In this document: one piece after another, positions 49,123 to 59,430 of the stretch
How positions within the stretch are numbered: position 1 is the first letter of the stretch
How the letters are laid out: every line of letters begins with the position of its first letter
DNA from: an uncultured Pseudomonadota bacterium
Lineage (GTDB): Bacteria; Vulcanimicrobiota; Vulcanimicrobiia; Eremiobacterales; Eremiobacteraceae
NCBI GenBank assembly: GCA_963736005.1
Contig: CAVTNB010000001.1
Location: 64,001-128,000, forward strand
Reading direction: 5' to 3'
DNA: 64,000 nt
The notes under the pieces: generated by a model
Database searches by the model: none
What the model was told of the DNA's origin: nothing
What the model saw: the letters and a program-made list of their open reading frames with translations, nothing else
Program-made: the position numbers and the translations under genes

Positions 49123-51489
49123 GTGAACGCGTGTCGCCGCTGGTCTTGGGTCGTCTTTTCGTTCATGCTTTGCGTGACCGCAACAAGCGTTGCACTGGCA
49201 GCCCCTGGTACCCAGTTGAGCGTGATTGTCATCGATGCATCGAACAAACCCGTTTCGAACGCAGTACTGGAACTGACGCTGCTGTCGCACGTATCCGGCG
49301 AGCGTGAGGCACAGATTCAACGGGTTGGATGCGATCGTGATGGCCGGTGCATCGCAGACAACTTAACACCTGCGAACTACGCCGTTCGGATATTGTACGA
49401 CGGCAACGCAGCATCGTTGAAATACCCGATATCGTTGTCCTCCGCACGTCAAAATCTTGTGATTCGCATAATTGGCGCAAGCGCAGCGGAAGTTGTTTCT
49501 TTGGGCGTTGTGCGCGTCGCGCCAACCGGCGGGCTCTCAACCGGGTCGGCGCCCAGTGTCGAGTTGAACTCGCAGTCGCTTGCTCGGCGAGGGGAGCTCA
49601 ATGTCGCGAACGCCCTCGCAGCCGTTCCTGGTGTGACGCTGAACCGTCCAAACGGAGGCTCATCAGCGCTGCCGGTGAGCGTGATGATTCGAGGAGACGA
49701 TCCTAAGGAGGCAGTCGTTGAACTCGATGGTAACCCTATCAACAGCGGAAACAGCGGGGATTTCGATCTTTCGTTGCTCGATCCAGCGGCTTTTCAAAGC
49801 GTGCAGATCGTCTATGGCTTAGCCCCCGCGTCCTTAGTGGGTGCCAATACCGAGGGTGGCACCGTCAACTTTCAAACGCTGCAGCCAACGCTGACTCCAC
49901 ATGGGTTGTTGAGCTACTCGAATGGCAGCTTCGTAACCAATAACTATACTCTTGCGGACACGGGCACGGCCGATCATTTTGGGTACGCCGTTGAGCTGCA
50001 GAGTTTCCATCAACAGGGCGAAGTGAGTTCCTTTCCCATTCTAAACACGGCCACTGGCGCGCAGCAAAATCTCGGCAGCGGAATCTCGGGCTCAAATGCA
50101 CTTGCAAAGTTGACGGATGACTTGCCGCACGACGGCGTCGTTCAAGTTTCGGTTCTAACGAGTGGATACGATGAAGATATTTCCGCTGCACTAAGCAGCC
50201 CGCTGAGTCCGTTTGACTCAAGTCCTGGCGCCCCGTTTACAAGCTATGCGGGCTCGGAACGGAACGACGTCAACACATTTTATTCTGGCAACGTGCGGCT
50301 GCCGCTCGGACCTCCGAGCGCCGACGGTGAAGTGCCGTCCTTCCTCACGGCAAGCTACATGTTTGCTAACTCTCGCCAGAACGTGAGTGGCCCCGCTTTA
50401 GGTCTAAGCGAATACCTGCTCAATACGACAGATCTGCTCAGGGACTACAGCCTGGAGTACGACCGGGTGCTCCCGGACGCGCAGCTAACCCTGGCTGCCA
50501 GGGCTCAAGGCGAGACGCTTACAGCTCCGGACGATTTCGGTTCCGGCGCGCCTTCGCAAGCGCAAACCAACCACACGTTTATTGCCCGATATACTTGGTC
50601 CGGCGGCAGCCGCCTTGAGTATACTGCCGTTGGCTATCTGAGCTTGTTTAGCACGTTCGGTTCGAGCTTCAATCCGAGAGGCGCGATTGTTTGGCGTCCG
50701 CATTGGCGAACCGTCATGCGCGCATCCGTCGGAACCGGATTTCAAGCACCGTTACTTTCAGAAAAAATCGTTCCGTCTCCGCTTCCACCGCCTGATGCTA
50801 ATGGGCTGATACAGGTGGGTAACCCCAACCTCACGGCGGACCATACTTTGGAATTTGAGTTAGACGGAGGTCAGATGTTGGGTTTAGGCCCGCACGCGGC
50901 AAGCGCTGAGCTTGATCTGTATCGCGTCGATCAAAAAGATGATGACATTCAATTCATTCCAACGGGTGCTTCGCCAACAAACCCCAAGCTAAGCTATCCG
51001 ATCAACATTGCCAATTCGATCTGGCAGGGACTAGCTCTCAGCTTGACGGCCCCTTTTGGACGCGGCTTTGAAACGAAGCTGTCCTACAACATCAATCAGG
51101 GATATCCGTTGACTTTGCCGCAGTCGCTAGCCGGCTCTGCCGGTAACCTCGTACCTTACGAGCAGTTTCAAGGAGTTCCGCTTCATCGCGCCGCGCTGTC
51201 TGTTGAAGAGTCTATTGGAAGATTCTCATGGCTCATTGGCTCGGCATACGAGGGGACCAACAACGACTTAAATCAGCCGGCGTTTGCCACCCTGCAGGCG
51301 AACGCTCAGTACACTTTCGGCCACACATCGCTAACCGTTGCTGGCACGAACTTGACCGGTGTTTACGACGGAAAGTTCACGTTGATAAATGCCGGAACTC
51401 CATATCCTGGTTTGATGGGTCCGCTTCTTGCGGACGCATATCAACTGCAAGGTCCAGCAATCACGGCAACAGTCGAGCAGCACTGGTAA
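49123..51489 (+). CDS. TonB-dependent receptor
   Basis: Plug motifs ALAAVPGV, IRG, LDGNPIN, GGTVNF; GTGFQAP, GNPNL; terminal aromatic residue. Confidence 0.88.
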   Translation: MNACRRWSWVVFSFMLCVTATSVALAAPGTQLSVIVIDASNKPVSNAVLELTLLSHVSGEREAQIQRVGCDRDGRCIADNLTPANYAVRILYDGNAASLKYPISLSSARQNLVIRIIGASAAEVVSLGVVRVAPTGGLSTGSAPSVELNSQSLARRGELNVANALAAVPGVTLNRPNGGSSALPVSVMIRGDDPKEAVVELDGNPINSGNSGDFDLSLLDPAAFQSVQIVYGLAPASLVGANTEGGTVNFQTLQPTLTPHGLLSYSNGSFVTNNYTLADTGTADHFGYAVELQSFHQQGEVSSFPILNTATGAQQNLGSGISGSNALAKLTDDLPHDGVVQVSVLTSGYDEDISAALSSPLSPFDSSPGAPFTSYAGSERNDVNTFYSGNVRLPLGPPSADGEVPSFLTASYMFANSRQNVSGPALGLSEYLLNTTDLLRDYSLEYDRVLPDAQLTLAARAQGETLTAPDDFGSGAPSQAQTNHTFIARYTWSGGSRLEYTAVGYLSLFSTFGSSFNPRGAIVWRPHWRTVMRASVGTGFQAPLLSEKIVPSPLPPPDANGLIQVGNPNLTADHTLEFELDGGQMLGLGPHAASAELDLYRVDQKDDDIQFIPTGASPTNPKLSYPINIANSIWQGLALSLTAPFGRGFETKLSYNINQGYPLTLPQSLAGSAGNLVPYEQFQGVPLHRAALSVEESIGRFSWLIGSAYEGTNNDLNQPAFATLQANAQYTFGHTSLTVAGTNLTGVYDGKFTLINAGTPYPGLMGPLLADAYQLQGPAITATVEQHW

Positions 51490-51796
51490 TATCACGTTCG
51501 ACACGACGAAGCCGAAAGTGGCAGTGCAAAGTCGAGTCAATTTGGGCAGCTGGCAGAAGCCGGAGGCTTTCTTGATTCAGCCCTTACCCTGGTAGCCCGG
51601 TAAGGCCCACTAGTGCCGCGCTGACGAGCCTTACTTTGCCCCGAAGGCGCGCCCCAGGCCGAGAACGAAATCGCGACAAAATATCCATTTTGAACAACGT
51701 CCGTGCCCACGACGTGCCCACCATTAGGATGCGGGAACAGGATTAAGGCCCGAGGTAATGCTCGGAGCCACGTAACACGGGAGCTCAAGCCATCAA

Positions 51797-51869
51797 GCCG
51801 AGATAGCTCAGTTGGTAGAGCACAGGTCTGAAAAACCTGGTGTCGTCGGTTCGATTCCGACTCTCGGCA
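51797..51869 (+). tRNA. tRNA-Phe (GAA), CCA not encoded
   Basis: GCCGAGA/TCTCGGC acceptor, CAGGT-CTGAAAA-ACCTG anticodon arm, GGTTCGATT. Confidence 0.97.
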
Positions 51870-51884
51870 CATCACCCAAGCCTG

Positions 51885-51912
51885 AAGCCCCCGGCCCATC
51901 AGCCGGGGGCTT
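51885..51912 (+). terminator. Hairpin after tRNA-Phe
   Basis: AAGCCCCCGGC-6nt-GCCGGGGGCTT. Confidence 0.7.
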
Positions 51913-51949
51913 AGCCAGCTGAGACCGTAGTTTGAAGTGCAGATCTATT

Positions 51950-52487
51950 CTATTGCTTGGGCCGAGGCCGCGCGAACAAAAATGACACGGGCACGGCGAA
52001 GTCCGGCAAGCTTGGATGGGTCACTGTGTCGTCGCGTTGGAAAAGCTGCTCCCCTGTGCAATCGCGTGCGGTGACGGCCTCGCGTGTGGTATCGACCAAG
52101 AATATGACTGACGCACCGCAGCTAAGGTAAACTCGAATCTTGTCCTCAACGTCCTTCTTTTGGTCACGAGGCGAGAGCACTTCGACGACCGCATCCGGCG
52201 CAACGCGCGGGTTATCCGCCGCTGATTCATCCTCATAAGGAACGCGTATACGAGAGATAAGCGACGTCGGGGACGAGTGGTCGTCGGACCTCCCCCGGCG
52301 GTTGTAAGCGAAACTCCCATTCAGTGCCAACCATTCCGCAACCGCGGTCACTTGCCCACGCGTTCAATGCGAGCGAAAACTTTATTTGGGCTAGCGCGTG
52401 TCTTCGCTGAGGGCTCACCTTTTGGAGCACCCTACCGTTGACCCATTCCAAAGCTGGCTTGGTTTCGGGGAGCACAATCTCGCGCAC
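51950..52487 (-). CDS. Uma2 family endonuclease (frameshift near 52240)
   Basis: EWVNG..SP..H, VPDVAY in one frame; APDAVVEVLSP..KIRVYL in the other. Confidence 0.88.
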
Positions 52488-52602
52488 GATATTTGCTCAA
52501 GGACATTGTATCACGCGGAACGGGCGTTGGTCTATCCAGGAACCCGTTGCAACGGAGAATGCGGAACGCAGGTCAAACTATCGACCTTCGGGGGTTGCGA
52601 GC

Positions 52603-53121
52603 GTGAACGTCGTTATCAACTGCGGAATTTGTCAGGCGCGTCGTTGGCGACACGGCGATGAAGATCGGCTGGTCTTTCATGCCAACAACCAAAACGTGTC
52701 GGCTCAACTAAGAGATAAGTTTCCATCCCCCTATACCGCCGAAGAAGCACAAAAATGGTTGGCCTTTGCGACTCAGCAACAACCCTTGACCGATTTTGCC
52801 ATCGAATCTGAAGGCACGGTGGTTGGTGGAATTGGTCTCCAGCTTCATGGCGATATCGAACGCTGCTCGGCAGAAGTCGGTTACTGGCTTGGTGAAAGCG
52901 TGTGGGGCCGCGGAATAGCTGCTGCAGCGCTGCGCGGTATAACCGAGTATGGCTTTACTACTTTCGAATTCTCGCGGATCTACGCTCTTCCGTTTGCCGA
53001 TAATCTCCGTTCCCGCCGCGTATTGGAAAAGGCAGGCTTCGAGTACGAAGGAACGTTGCGAAAAAACGTGATCAAACGTGGGGTCGTGCACGACAGCGCA
53101 GTCTACGCTCGCATCAAATAA
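52603..53121 (+). CDS. GNAT acetyltransferase, RimJ/RimL type
   Basis: AEVGYWLGESVWGRG, N..SRRVLEKAGFEYEG. Confidence 0.9.
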   Translation: MNVVINCGICQARRWRHGDEDRLVFHANNQNVSAQLRDKFPSPYTAEEAQKWLAFATQQQPLTDFAIESEGTVVGGIGLQLHGDIERCSAEVGYWLGESVWGRGIAAAALRGITEYGFTTFEFSRIYALPFADNLRSRRVLEKAGFEYEGTLRKNVIKRGVVHDSAVYARIK

Positions 53122-53131
53122 CTCGGAACTG

Positions 53132-53983
53132 TCAGTTGTTGATGTCGTGGGGAGGTCCGACTTGGAGCCTGGCGGTGCGTTGGAGTTCATGTTCAAGGCC
53201 CGTGAGTTCACCGCCGCCGGCCATATGATAGATGAGTCGCTCGAGCGGCAAATGCTTGCGTGGGGCGTCAAGTTCGACTTGGCCAAGTTTGAGAACGACG
53301 AAGTGATCGCCAACAAGGTAGGCATGATGAGGGTTGTGCGAGACGAAGATGACCCCGATACCAGCATCGCGCGCTGCAGCGATGTATTTGAGCACGACAC
53401 CCGATTGTTTGACGCCGAGTGCGGCGGTGGGTTCGTCAAGGATCAGCACTCTCGCACCGAAGTAGATGGCGCGGGCAACAGCGACGACTTGGCGTTGTCC
53501 GCCAGAAAGTCTGCCGACAGGTTGTTCGATGTCAGCCACGGCAACGCCCATCTTTTTGAGCTCTTCGTCCGCGATCGCGCGCATTTTGTCCACGTTCAGG
53601 CGTCGCGTCAAGGCGCGGCCCGTGTTGATTTCGCTTCCAAGGAAGAAGTTTCGCCAGACCGACAACAACGGTATCATGGCAAGGTCTTGGTAGACGGCGG
53701 TAATGCCGAGGTCGAGCGCATCGCGGGGAGAATGAAAGTGCACAGGATGGCCATCCACGAGATAGGAGCCGCTATCGTACGAGTGGAGTCCGCAGATGAT
53801 TTTGATAAGCGTGGACTTGCCGGCACCGTTATCACCAAGAATACACGCCACTTCTCCGGCGCGCACTGAGAGGTCGACTCCCGAAACGGCGGTGATGTTG
53901 CCAAAATTCTTACCGATGCCGCGTAGTTCAACGATTGGGACTTCAGTGCGAACCTCGGTGCCAGTAGGGATGTCGGTTGTCAT
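53132..53983 (-). CDS. Sugar ABC transporter ATP-binding protein
   Basis: GDNGAGKS, LSGGQRQ, LILDEPT. Confidence 0.95.
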   Translation of the reverse strand: MTTDIPTGTEVRTEVPIVELRGIGKNFGNITAVSGVDLSVRAGEVACILGDNGAGKSTLIKIICGLHSYDSGSYLVDGHPVHFHSPRDALDLGITAVYQDLAMIPLLSVWRNFFLGSEINTGRALTRRLNVDKMRAIADEELKKMGVAVADIEQPVGRLSGGQRQVVAVARAIYFGARVLILDEPTAALGVKQSGVVLKYIAAARDAGIGVIFVSHNPHHAYLVGDHFVVLKLGQVELDAPRKHLPLERLIYHMAGGGELTGLEHELQRTARLQVGPPHDINN

Positions 53984-54948
53984 GCGAGAGCCGATCGTTT
54001 GCTGATTTGCCGGCGCACGAGCGTGTTCGTGACGGTTGCGATCAAAAGCATGACGCCCACGAAGAACAGCAGCCAATTGTTATCCCAGCCTGCGTAGACG
54101 ATGCCGAGTTTGGTCATGCCATAAATCAAGGCGCCGATGCCGGCGCCAATGGCGGTACCGTAGCCGCCTGTAAGCAGGCAGCCGCCCACAACGGCGGCCA
54201 TAATGTACAGCAGCTCGTTGCCCGGCCCTTCACCTGATTGCACGACGCTGTAGGTGAACAGTTGAATCATGCCGGTGAACCACACGGTGAAACCGACGGC
54301 GAGATAGAGGCCAATTTTTACTTTGGGCACAGGAACACCGACCGCCCGCGCGGCATCAGCGTTGCCGCCAACAGCGTAGATCCAGTTACCGACCTGCGTA
54401 TGCAGTAACACCCACGTGCCGACCGCGATAAAAGCCAGCCACCACAGCACGGCGACGTGCAGGTGAATGCTCCCAACAGTGAATTCGCTGGCGAAAATTG
54501 CTTTGGCGGACGCGAAGCCTCCCAAGTTCGAGATGTCGTTGGTGGCCACGCTACCAGTGAGCACCTTGGTTAGCGCGATGTTGATGCCTTGAAGCATTAG
54601 AAACGTCGATAGGGTCACCAAAAAGCTCGGGAGCTTGGTGATGATCAACAGCCAGCCGTTGACGAACGCGATGAGCAGCGCCAGCGCCAACCCGACAGCG
54701 ACACCCGCCCAGACGTTGATCGACAGTTGGTAGGAGAACATCGCCGCCGCCAACGCGGAAGAAACCACCGCTACACCAGCCGACAGGTCGAACTCGCCTC
54801 CAATCATCAACAAGGCCACTCCAACCGCGGGGATACCCAACGTGGCGGATTCGTACAACATGTTCGACCAGGACCTTGGCAGACGAAAGGCTGGTGCGAG
54901 CAGATAGAAAAGGACGAATACTGCAACGGCGCCGACAAGCGATCCCAT
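53980..54948 (-). CDS. Sugar ABC transporter permease (frame stays open upstream to ~55020)
   Basis: GGEFDLS, AVGGNADAARAVGV, AAVVGGCLLTGG. Confidence 0.93.
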   Translation of the reverse strand: MGSLVGAVAVFVLFYLLAPAFRLPRSWSNMLYESATLGIPAVGVALLMIGGEFDLSAGVAVVSSALAAAMFSYQLSINVWAGVAVGLALALLIAFVNGWLLIITKLPSFLVTLSTFLMLQGINIALTKVLTGSVATNDISNLGGFASAKAIFASEFTVGSIHLHVAVLWWLAFIAVGTWVLLHTQVGNWIYAVGGNADAARAVGVPVPKVKIGLYLAVGFTVWFTGMIQLFTYSVVQSGEGPGNELLYIMAAVVGGCLLTGGYGTAIGAGIGALIYGMTKLGIVYAGWDNNWLLFFVGVMLLIATVTNTLVRRQISKRSALA

Positions 54949-55019
54949 CTCGGGGCGCGCCGCTATACGCCAAAAAGGCGAACGTTTACCCGTCTGGATC
55001 GATGAAACGGCAGCCTGCG

Positions 55020-56051
55020 CTATCGCGTGCCCCTTGCAGCGAACGTTGCGATCTGAGCAACGTTGCTTTGGTCAACGAACGATGGCCCGGTCAACACGGC
55101 TTGCGCATTACCGCCAAAAGTGTCACCGTTGTTCTTGAACAGCGCCAACGCTTCAACCGCGAGGTAACCCTGCAAATAGGGCTGCTGATCAACGGCCCAC
55201 TCTAACTTGCCTTGTTGAATGGCCTGCACTGCCTGCTTGTTCGTATCGAAGGTGGCCACCTTGGCATGGCTTCCTGCCGAATTGACCGACTGCAACGCGA
55301 TCATCGCAAAAGGCGCACCCAGCGTAACGACTTGATCGATGCTCGGATCTTGCTGCAGTTTCGAGGTAATGGAAGCTTGCACGTCCGGCGGGTTCTGTCC
55401 GTTCACGTATAACATGTCCGTCTGCCCGCGGAACGCCTTCTTCAATGAGGAACAGCGTGTCTCCAGCGCCACTTGACCTTGCTCCTGGATCACGCACAAC
55501 GCGTGTTTTGCGCCGATCGAGTTCAACCGCTCGCCAAACTCGGTGCCTGCGATCGCTTCGTCAGAGCCGAAATACTCCATCGCTCCGATGGACTTCCAGT
55601 TGTCCATCCCCGAGTTGAAAGCCACCACCGGAATGTTGCTGGCCCTCGCCTTCCGCACGACGTCAGCCATCGCATTTGGTTTCGCAAGGGTTAACGCGAT
55701 CCCGTCGACTCTCTGATCGATCGCGTTTTGTACCAACTCTGCCTGTTGCGCTGCCGATGGATCCGAATAGTATCTTAACGTCACATTGTTCTTGGCAGCC
55801 GCGTCCTGCGCGCCCTTACGCACTAAATCCCAGAACGCGTCGCCGGGTGTCTGATGCGTGATCATCGCTACGGTGATCGGTGACGAGGCGACCCAACCAG
55901 TTGATTGCCGAGCGCTCTGCGAGCTGCAGGCGGTCAAAGCGACAAACGCAGCAACGAACAACGCGGCAAACGCCCACGATCTCAAATGAGGTATCAAAGA
56001 AATTCCTCTCAGCTGGATCAGCCTTGCTTTTGCCCCGAGCCCAGTCCACAA
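55020..56051 (-). CDS. Sugar ABC transporter substrate-binding lipoprotein (inositol-type)
   Basis: LTAC lipobox, DAFWDLVRKGA, VDQQPYLQGY; start uncertain. Confidence 0.92.
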   Translation of the reverse strand: MWTGLGAKARLIQLRGISLIPHLRSWAFAALFVAAFVALTACSSQSARQSTGWVASSPITVAMITHQTPGDAFWDLVRKGAQDAAAKNNVTLRYYSDPSAAQQAELVQNAIDQRVDGIALTLAKPNAMADVVRKARASNIPVVAFNSGMDNWKSIGAMEYFGSDEAIAGTEFGERLNSIGAKHALCVIQEQGQVALETRCSSLKKAFRGQTDMLYVNGQNPPDVQASITSKLQQDPSIDQVVTLGAPFAMIALQSVNSAGSHAKVATFDTNKQAVQAIQQGKLEWAVDQQPYLQGYLAVEALALFKNNGDTFGGNAQAVLTGPSFVDQSNVAQIATFAARGTR

Positions 56052-56941
56052 CTGTTCAGGTATTTACGTGTGCGAATGGCAATCGGCAGCGGCACATCGG
56101 GCTCACATGGATACAAGTCTTGTTCGACGATTACGAACACGCGGGCATCGACTCCTTGGAGCGCGGCGATCACGGAAGCTGGATCCGGATCGCCAGCTGG
56201 TGGCTCAACGCATACTCCGCGTCGCACCGCTTCGCCAAAGGAAAGATTCTCTTCGCGTACCGCTTTGAGCTTCTCGCGGTCTATCTGTTTTATGTGTACG
56301 TAGCCAATGCGATGTGGGAACCGACAGATGAGCGCGATGGGGTCGCCGCCTGCGTAGACCACGTGGCCTGTGTCCAAGCAGAGCCAAACGTAATCTGGAT
56401 CCGTGCCTTCCAGGAAACGTTCGATCTCTGGCTGCGTTTGGATGTGGCTGTCGGCATGCGAGTGCAAGCAGAGCCGGATGTCATAGTCGTTCAAGAGGAC
56501 CTTCCCGAGTTCGTTGGCCGCGCGGATAAGCTTTGCCCATGCAGAGTCGTCGAGCGTGAGAGCATCGCAGTATTCGCCGGTCTTCTCGTCACGGAACATC
56601 TTTGGAAGAAAAACAAGATTATGCGCACCGACCGCAGCGGTTAGTTCGGCAACTTTTCGTGCGGTGCTCATCGTTTGTTCTAGCTCGTCTGAACGGTGCA
56701 GTGCGCCGGCCATCGTGCCGCCAGAGACCGCTAGTCCGCGCTTGGTCAGTTCATGAGAAAGGAGCGCATGGTTCGTGGGCAGATAGCCGTAAGGTCCCAA
56801 CTCGATCCAATCGTAGCCCGCTTCGGCCACTTCATCGAGAAACCGATGCCATGGAATCTGTCGCTCGTCGTCAGGAAACCAGACACCCCAGGAATCCGGC
56901 GCCGAACCTAGCTGCAGCTTTTCGCTCCCCCACGTAGTCAT
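56018..56941 (-). CDS. IolE-like sugar phosphate isomerase/dehydratase (TIM barrel)
   Basis: APDSWGVWF, ELGPYGY, CLDTGH, YVHIK, IVEQD. Confidence 0.85.
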   Translation of the reverse strand: MTTWGSEKLQLGSAPDSWGVWFPDDERQIPWHRFLDEVAEAGYDWIELGPYGYLPTNHALLSHELTKRGLAVSGGTMAGALHRSDELEQTMSTARKVAELTAAVGAHNLVFLPKMFRDEKTGEYCDALTLDDSAWAKLIRAANELGKVLLNDYDIRLCLHSHADSHIQTQPEIERFLEGTDPDYVWLCLDTGHVVYAGGDPIALICRFPHRIGYVHIKQIDREKLKAVREENLSFGEAVRRGVCVEPPAGDPDPASVIAALQGVDARVFVIVEQDLYPCEPDVPLPIAIRTRKYLNSCGLGSGQKQG

Positions 56942-57073
56942 GATCTCGCCGCCGTTCTTTTGTGGAGGCGTTTAACTTCCCTAAGCCGCATTAGCAACGT
57001 GCCACGAGTATTTTTCTCTCTGTCGCGCAGCTCCGCACGCGCAGAAGAACCCTCATTATATGGGCCTCTGAGA

Positions 57074-57149
57074 TGGAGCGGGAGACGAGGTTCGAACTCG
57101 CGACCCTCAGCTTGGGAAGCTGATGCTCTACCAACTGAGCTACTCCCGC
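57074..57149 (-). tRNA. tRNA-Gly (CCC)
   Basis: GCGGGAG/CTCCCGC acceptor, TCAGC-TTCCCAA-GCTGA, encoded CCA. Confidence 0.98.
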
Positions 57150-57525
57150 GTATGAATTGATTTCTTCGGATTGGCGCAGCATCCCCGCCTGAACGCCTTG
57201 CCCGGTTCGCATCATAGAAACGAGGGTAAAACGGCAATATGCCATTCTCAAAATGCGATAATGTCTTGTGCTTATGCGTGGTCAGCGATCACACAACGAG
57301 TACCAGTTTTTGCAGCGATGCCTGCCGGCACGTCAGCCCCGGCACGACCCAATGCAAGTGTGGGCATCCCGAGTGCGAGCACGCAGATCCATCTCAGCGC
57401 CAGCTTCGATAATCGCTGATCCGGCGGATGTCTTCACTCCGCAGCATGATACTTGAAAACCCCAGCGAATGCTGTTCGCCCCGGCGCTCGTCGGCCGGCC
57501 GCATTCAACGAGCCAGGAGGTACTC

Positions 57526-57903
57526 ATGGCAACTGCAGGTGCAATCAAAGTTAAGGGCTACGATGCGACCTACTACATGGTGAAGGATCTCGATCGCGCA
57601 ACGAAGTTTTACAATGACTTGCTCCAAATGACACCGACGTTTACAGTGCCCGGCATGGTCTCGGAATACACGTTCCCGACAGGGGAGACTTTTGGGCTCT
57701 ACCGGCCGCCCGAAGGCGATTGGGAAGTGGGTCATGGCGTCCTCTTCGCGGTCGACGACGTCGCCACGGCAGTCGCAGATTTCAAATCGCGCGGCGTCGA
57801 CTTTGACGATGATGGCAAGATCGATGAGACGCCCATGTGTTTCATGGCATTTGGCCACGATACCGAGGGAAATCGCTTTATCATCCACGAGTTGAAACAC
57901 TGA
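57526..57903 (+). CDS. VOC/glyoxalase family protein
   Basis: VKDLDRATKFY, FAVDDV, DTEGN; AGGAGG RBS. Confidence 0.9.
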   Translation: MATAGAIKVKGYDATYYMVKDLDRATKFYNDLLQMTPTFTVPGMVSEYTFPTGETFGLYRPPEGDWEVGHGVLFAVDDVATAVADFKSRGVDFDDDGKIDETPMCFMAFGHDTEGNRFIIHELKH

Positions 57904-57913
57904 TAGCGGGCCT

Positions 57914-58249
57914 GTGACCAGGCAGGCGCAGGTCGAGCACATTTCTCTTGCGCGGGCGCAGGGAGCGCCCTTGACCCCGGGTGACCTCTCGTCACTTCTG
58001 CTGACGCACGGCAGCATGACGCTTGAGTACTATGCGCCGCGTGGCGTCGACAAGCAAACACCTCATAGTAAGGATGAGATTTACATCATCACGAGCGGGC
58101 AGGGTTGGTTTCGTTACGGCGCGGAGCGCGTGCGATTCGCGCCGGGCGATGCACTTTTCGTCGCGGCAGGCGTGGAGCACAAATTTGAGGAGTTCGGCGA
58201 CGATTTCGAAGCGTGGGTGATTTTTTATGGCTCGGAAGGCGGCGAATGA
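57914..58249 (+). CDS. Cupin domain protein
   Basis: QTPHSKDEIY..PGDALFVAAGVEHKF. Confidence 0.88.
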   Translation: MTRQAQVEHISLARAQGAPLTPGDLSSLLLTHGSMTLEYYAPRGVDKQTPHSKDEIYIITSGQGWFRYGAERVRFAPGDALFVAAGVEHKFEEFGDDFEAWVIFYGSEGGE

Positions 58250-58416
58250 TCGCCAGGCTTCGCTCGTCGCGCCAGCAGCCAGCCAGCCCCGCCCACAACG
58301 GCAGCGATCGTCAGCACGCCCGCGACAATTCGAAGCACGGTCGCGGTGGCATTGGGACGACGCTTCTTGGGCCGTTGTTGCGCATCAGATGCTGGAGTGG
58401 GCGCGGGCGAGGCCAT
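58225..58416 (-). CDS. Small single-TM hypothetical protein
   Basis: 63 aa, basic stretch then TM segment. Confidence 0.4.
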   Translation of the reverse strand: MASPAPTPASDAQQRPKKRRPNATATVLRIVAGVLTIAAVVGGAGWLLARRAKPGDHSPPSEP

Positions 58417-58430
58417 GTCGACACGTTCTA

Positions 58431-58487
58431 GAGCGGACCTAAAGGTCCGCTGCTACATAGCGGGGCGATTTTCGGATTGCCCCCTAC
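58431..58487 (-). repeat. Compound REP-like unit (family B plus family A hairpins)
   Basis: GAGCGGACCTAAAGGTCCGCTGCTAC then GGGGCGATTTTCGGATTGCCCCCTAC; family B recurs at 61556..61581. Confidence 0.75.
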
Positions 58488-58503
58488 GAATAACTACATC
58501 GAG

Positions 58504-59430
58504 ATGAAGAGAGTGGTCATTCCAGCGCGTGTCAACGAAGCGACCATGCGCTTCGGGCCTCGCGAAGTTTCGCTGACTAATCTTACCAAGGTCTTCTGGC
58601 CCGATCTTGGTATCACCAAGCGCGACTTGCTGCAATATTACGCCGACGTCGCCGCCGTCTTGCTACCCCATCTTCACGATCGGGCAATGGTGATGAAGCG
58701 CTATCCCAATGGCGCTTATAAAGAATTCTTCTTTATGAAGCGCGCGCCGTCGCCACGACCGCCATGGATCGAGATCTGTACCATAAAGCACTCCTCGGGC
58801 AACGTGATTGACTTTCCCATGATCCAGGACGTTCCATCACTGCTGTGGGTCATCAATTTGGGCTGTATCGATCTCAATCAGTGGTACGCCCGTTGCGACG
58901 ACGTTGACACGCCCGACTACGTTCATTTCGACCTCGATCCAGTCCCTGGCGCCACCTTCGAGAGGGTGCTCGAGAGCGCGCTCATCGTGCACAAGGCGCT
59001 CGACAAACTTGGGATGCCCAATGTTGTCAAGACAAGCGGCTCGCGCGGCATGCACGTTTACGTTCCGATCGTTCGCGGCCCCACACAAAAAGAGGTCTGG
59101 ACTTTCGCCAAAGCGTTCGCCCATAGCTTGGCGCCAGAGCATGCCAAACTGCTGACGGTTGTTTATAAGACCGCGAACCGTCCGCGCGGGCGCGTGCTCC
59201 TCGACTACAATCAAAACGCGTGGGGTCGCACCCTTGCATCGGTTTATTCGGTTCGGCCAAAGCGGCGCGCACCGGTGTCGACGCCGGTGACGTGGCGTGA
59301 AGTCGAGCGCGGCTTGCGCATCGAAGACTTTCGTATGGACAATGTGCCGGCGCGAGTCCGCAAGCTCGGCGATCTTTGGGAGTCGTTGCTCGCACGAAGC
59401 GGGCGGTTTGATTTGCGCAGGTACTTATGA
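58504..59430 (+). CDS. LigD-type primase-polymerase domain protein (stand-alone)
   Basis: RYPNG..FFMK, FDLDP, KTSGSRGMHVY, DYNQN..YSVR. Confidence 0.92.
   Translation: MKRVVIPARVNEATMRFGPREVSLTNLTKVFWPDLGITKRDLLQYYADVAAVLLPHLHDRAMVMKRYPNGAYKEFFFMKRAPSPRPPWIEICTIKHSSGNVIDFPMIQDVPSLLWVINLGCIDLNQWYARCDDVDTPDYVHFDLDPVPGATFERVLESALIVHKALDKLGMPNVVKTSGSRGMHVYVPIVRGPTQKEVWTFAKAFAHSLAPEHAKLLTVVYKTANRPRGRVLLDYNQNAWGRTLASVYSVRPKRRAPVSTPVTWREVERGLRIEDFRMDNVPARVRKLGDLWESLLARSGRFDLRRYL

Noticed and set aside
51537..51899. ORFs over tRNA-Phe (and 56938..57251 over tRNA-Gly)
   Set aside because: Shadow ORFs across tRNA genes.
53078..53869. 263-aa plus-strand ORF, and similarly 60742..61710, 34814..35671, 43878..44990, 17559..18230
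   Set aside because: Antisense shadows of well-supported genes, common in GC-rich DNA.
51870..57073. Island bounded by tRNA-Phe or tRNA-Gly
   Set aside because: I found no duplicated 3' ends of these tRNAs and no adjacent integrase.
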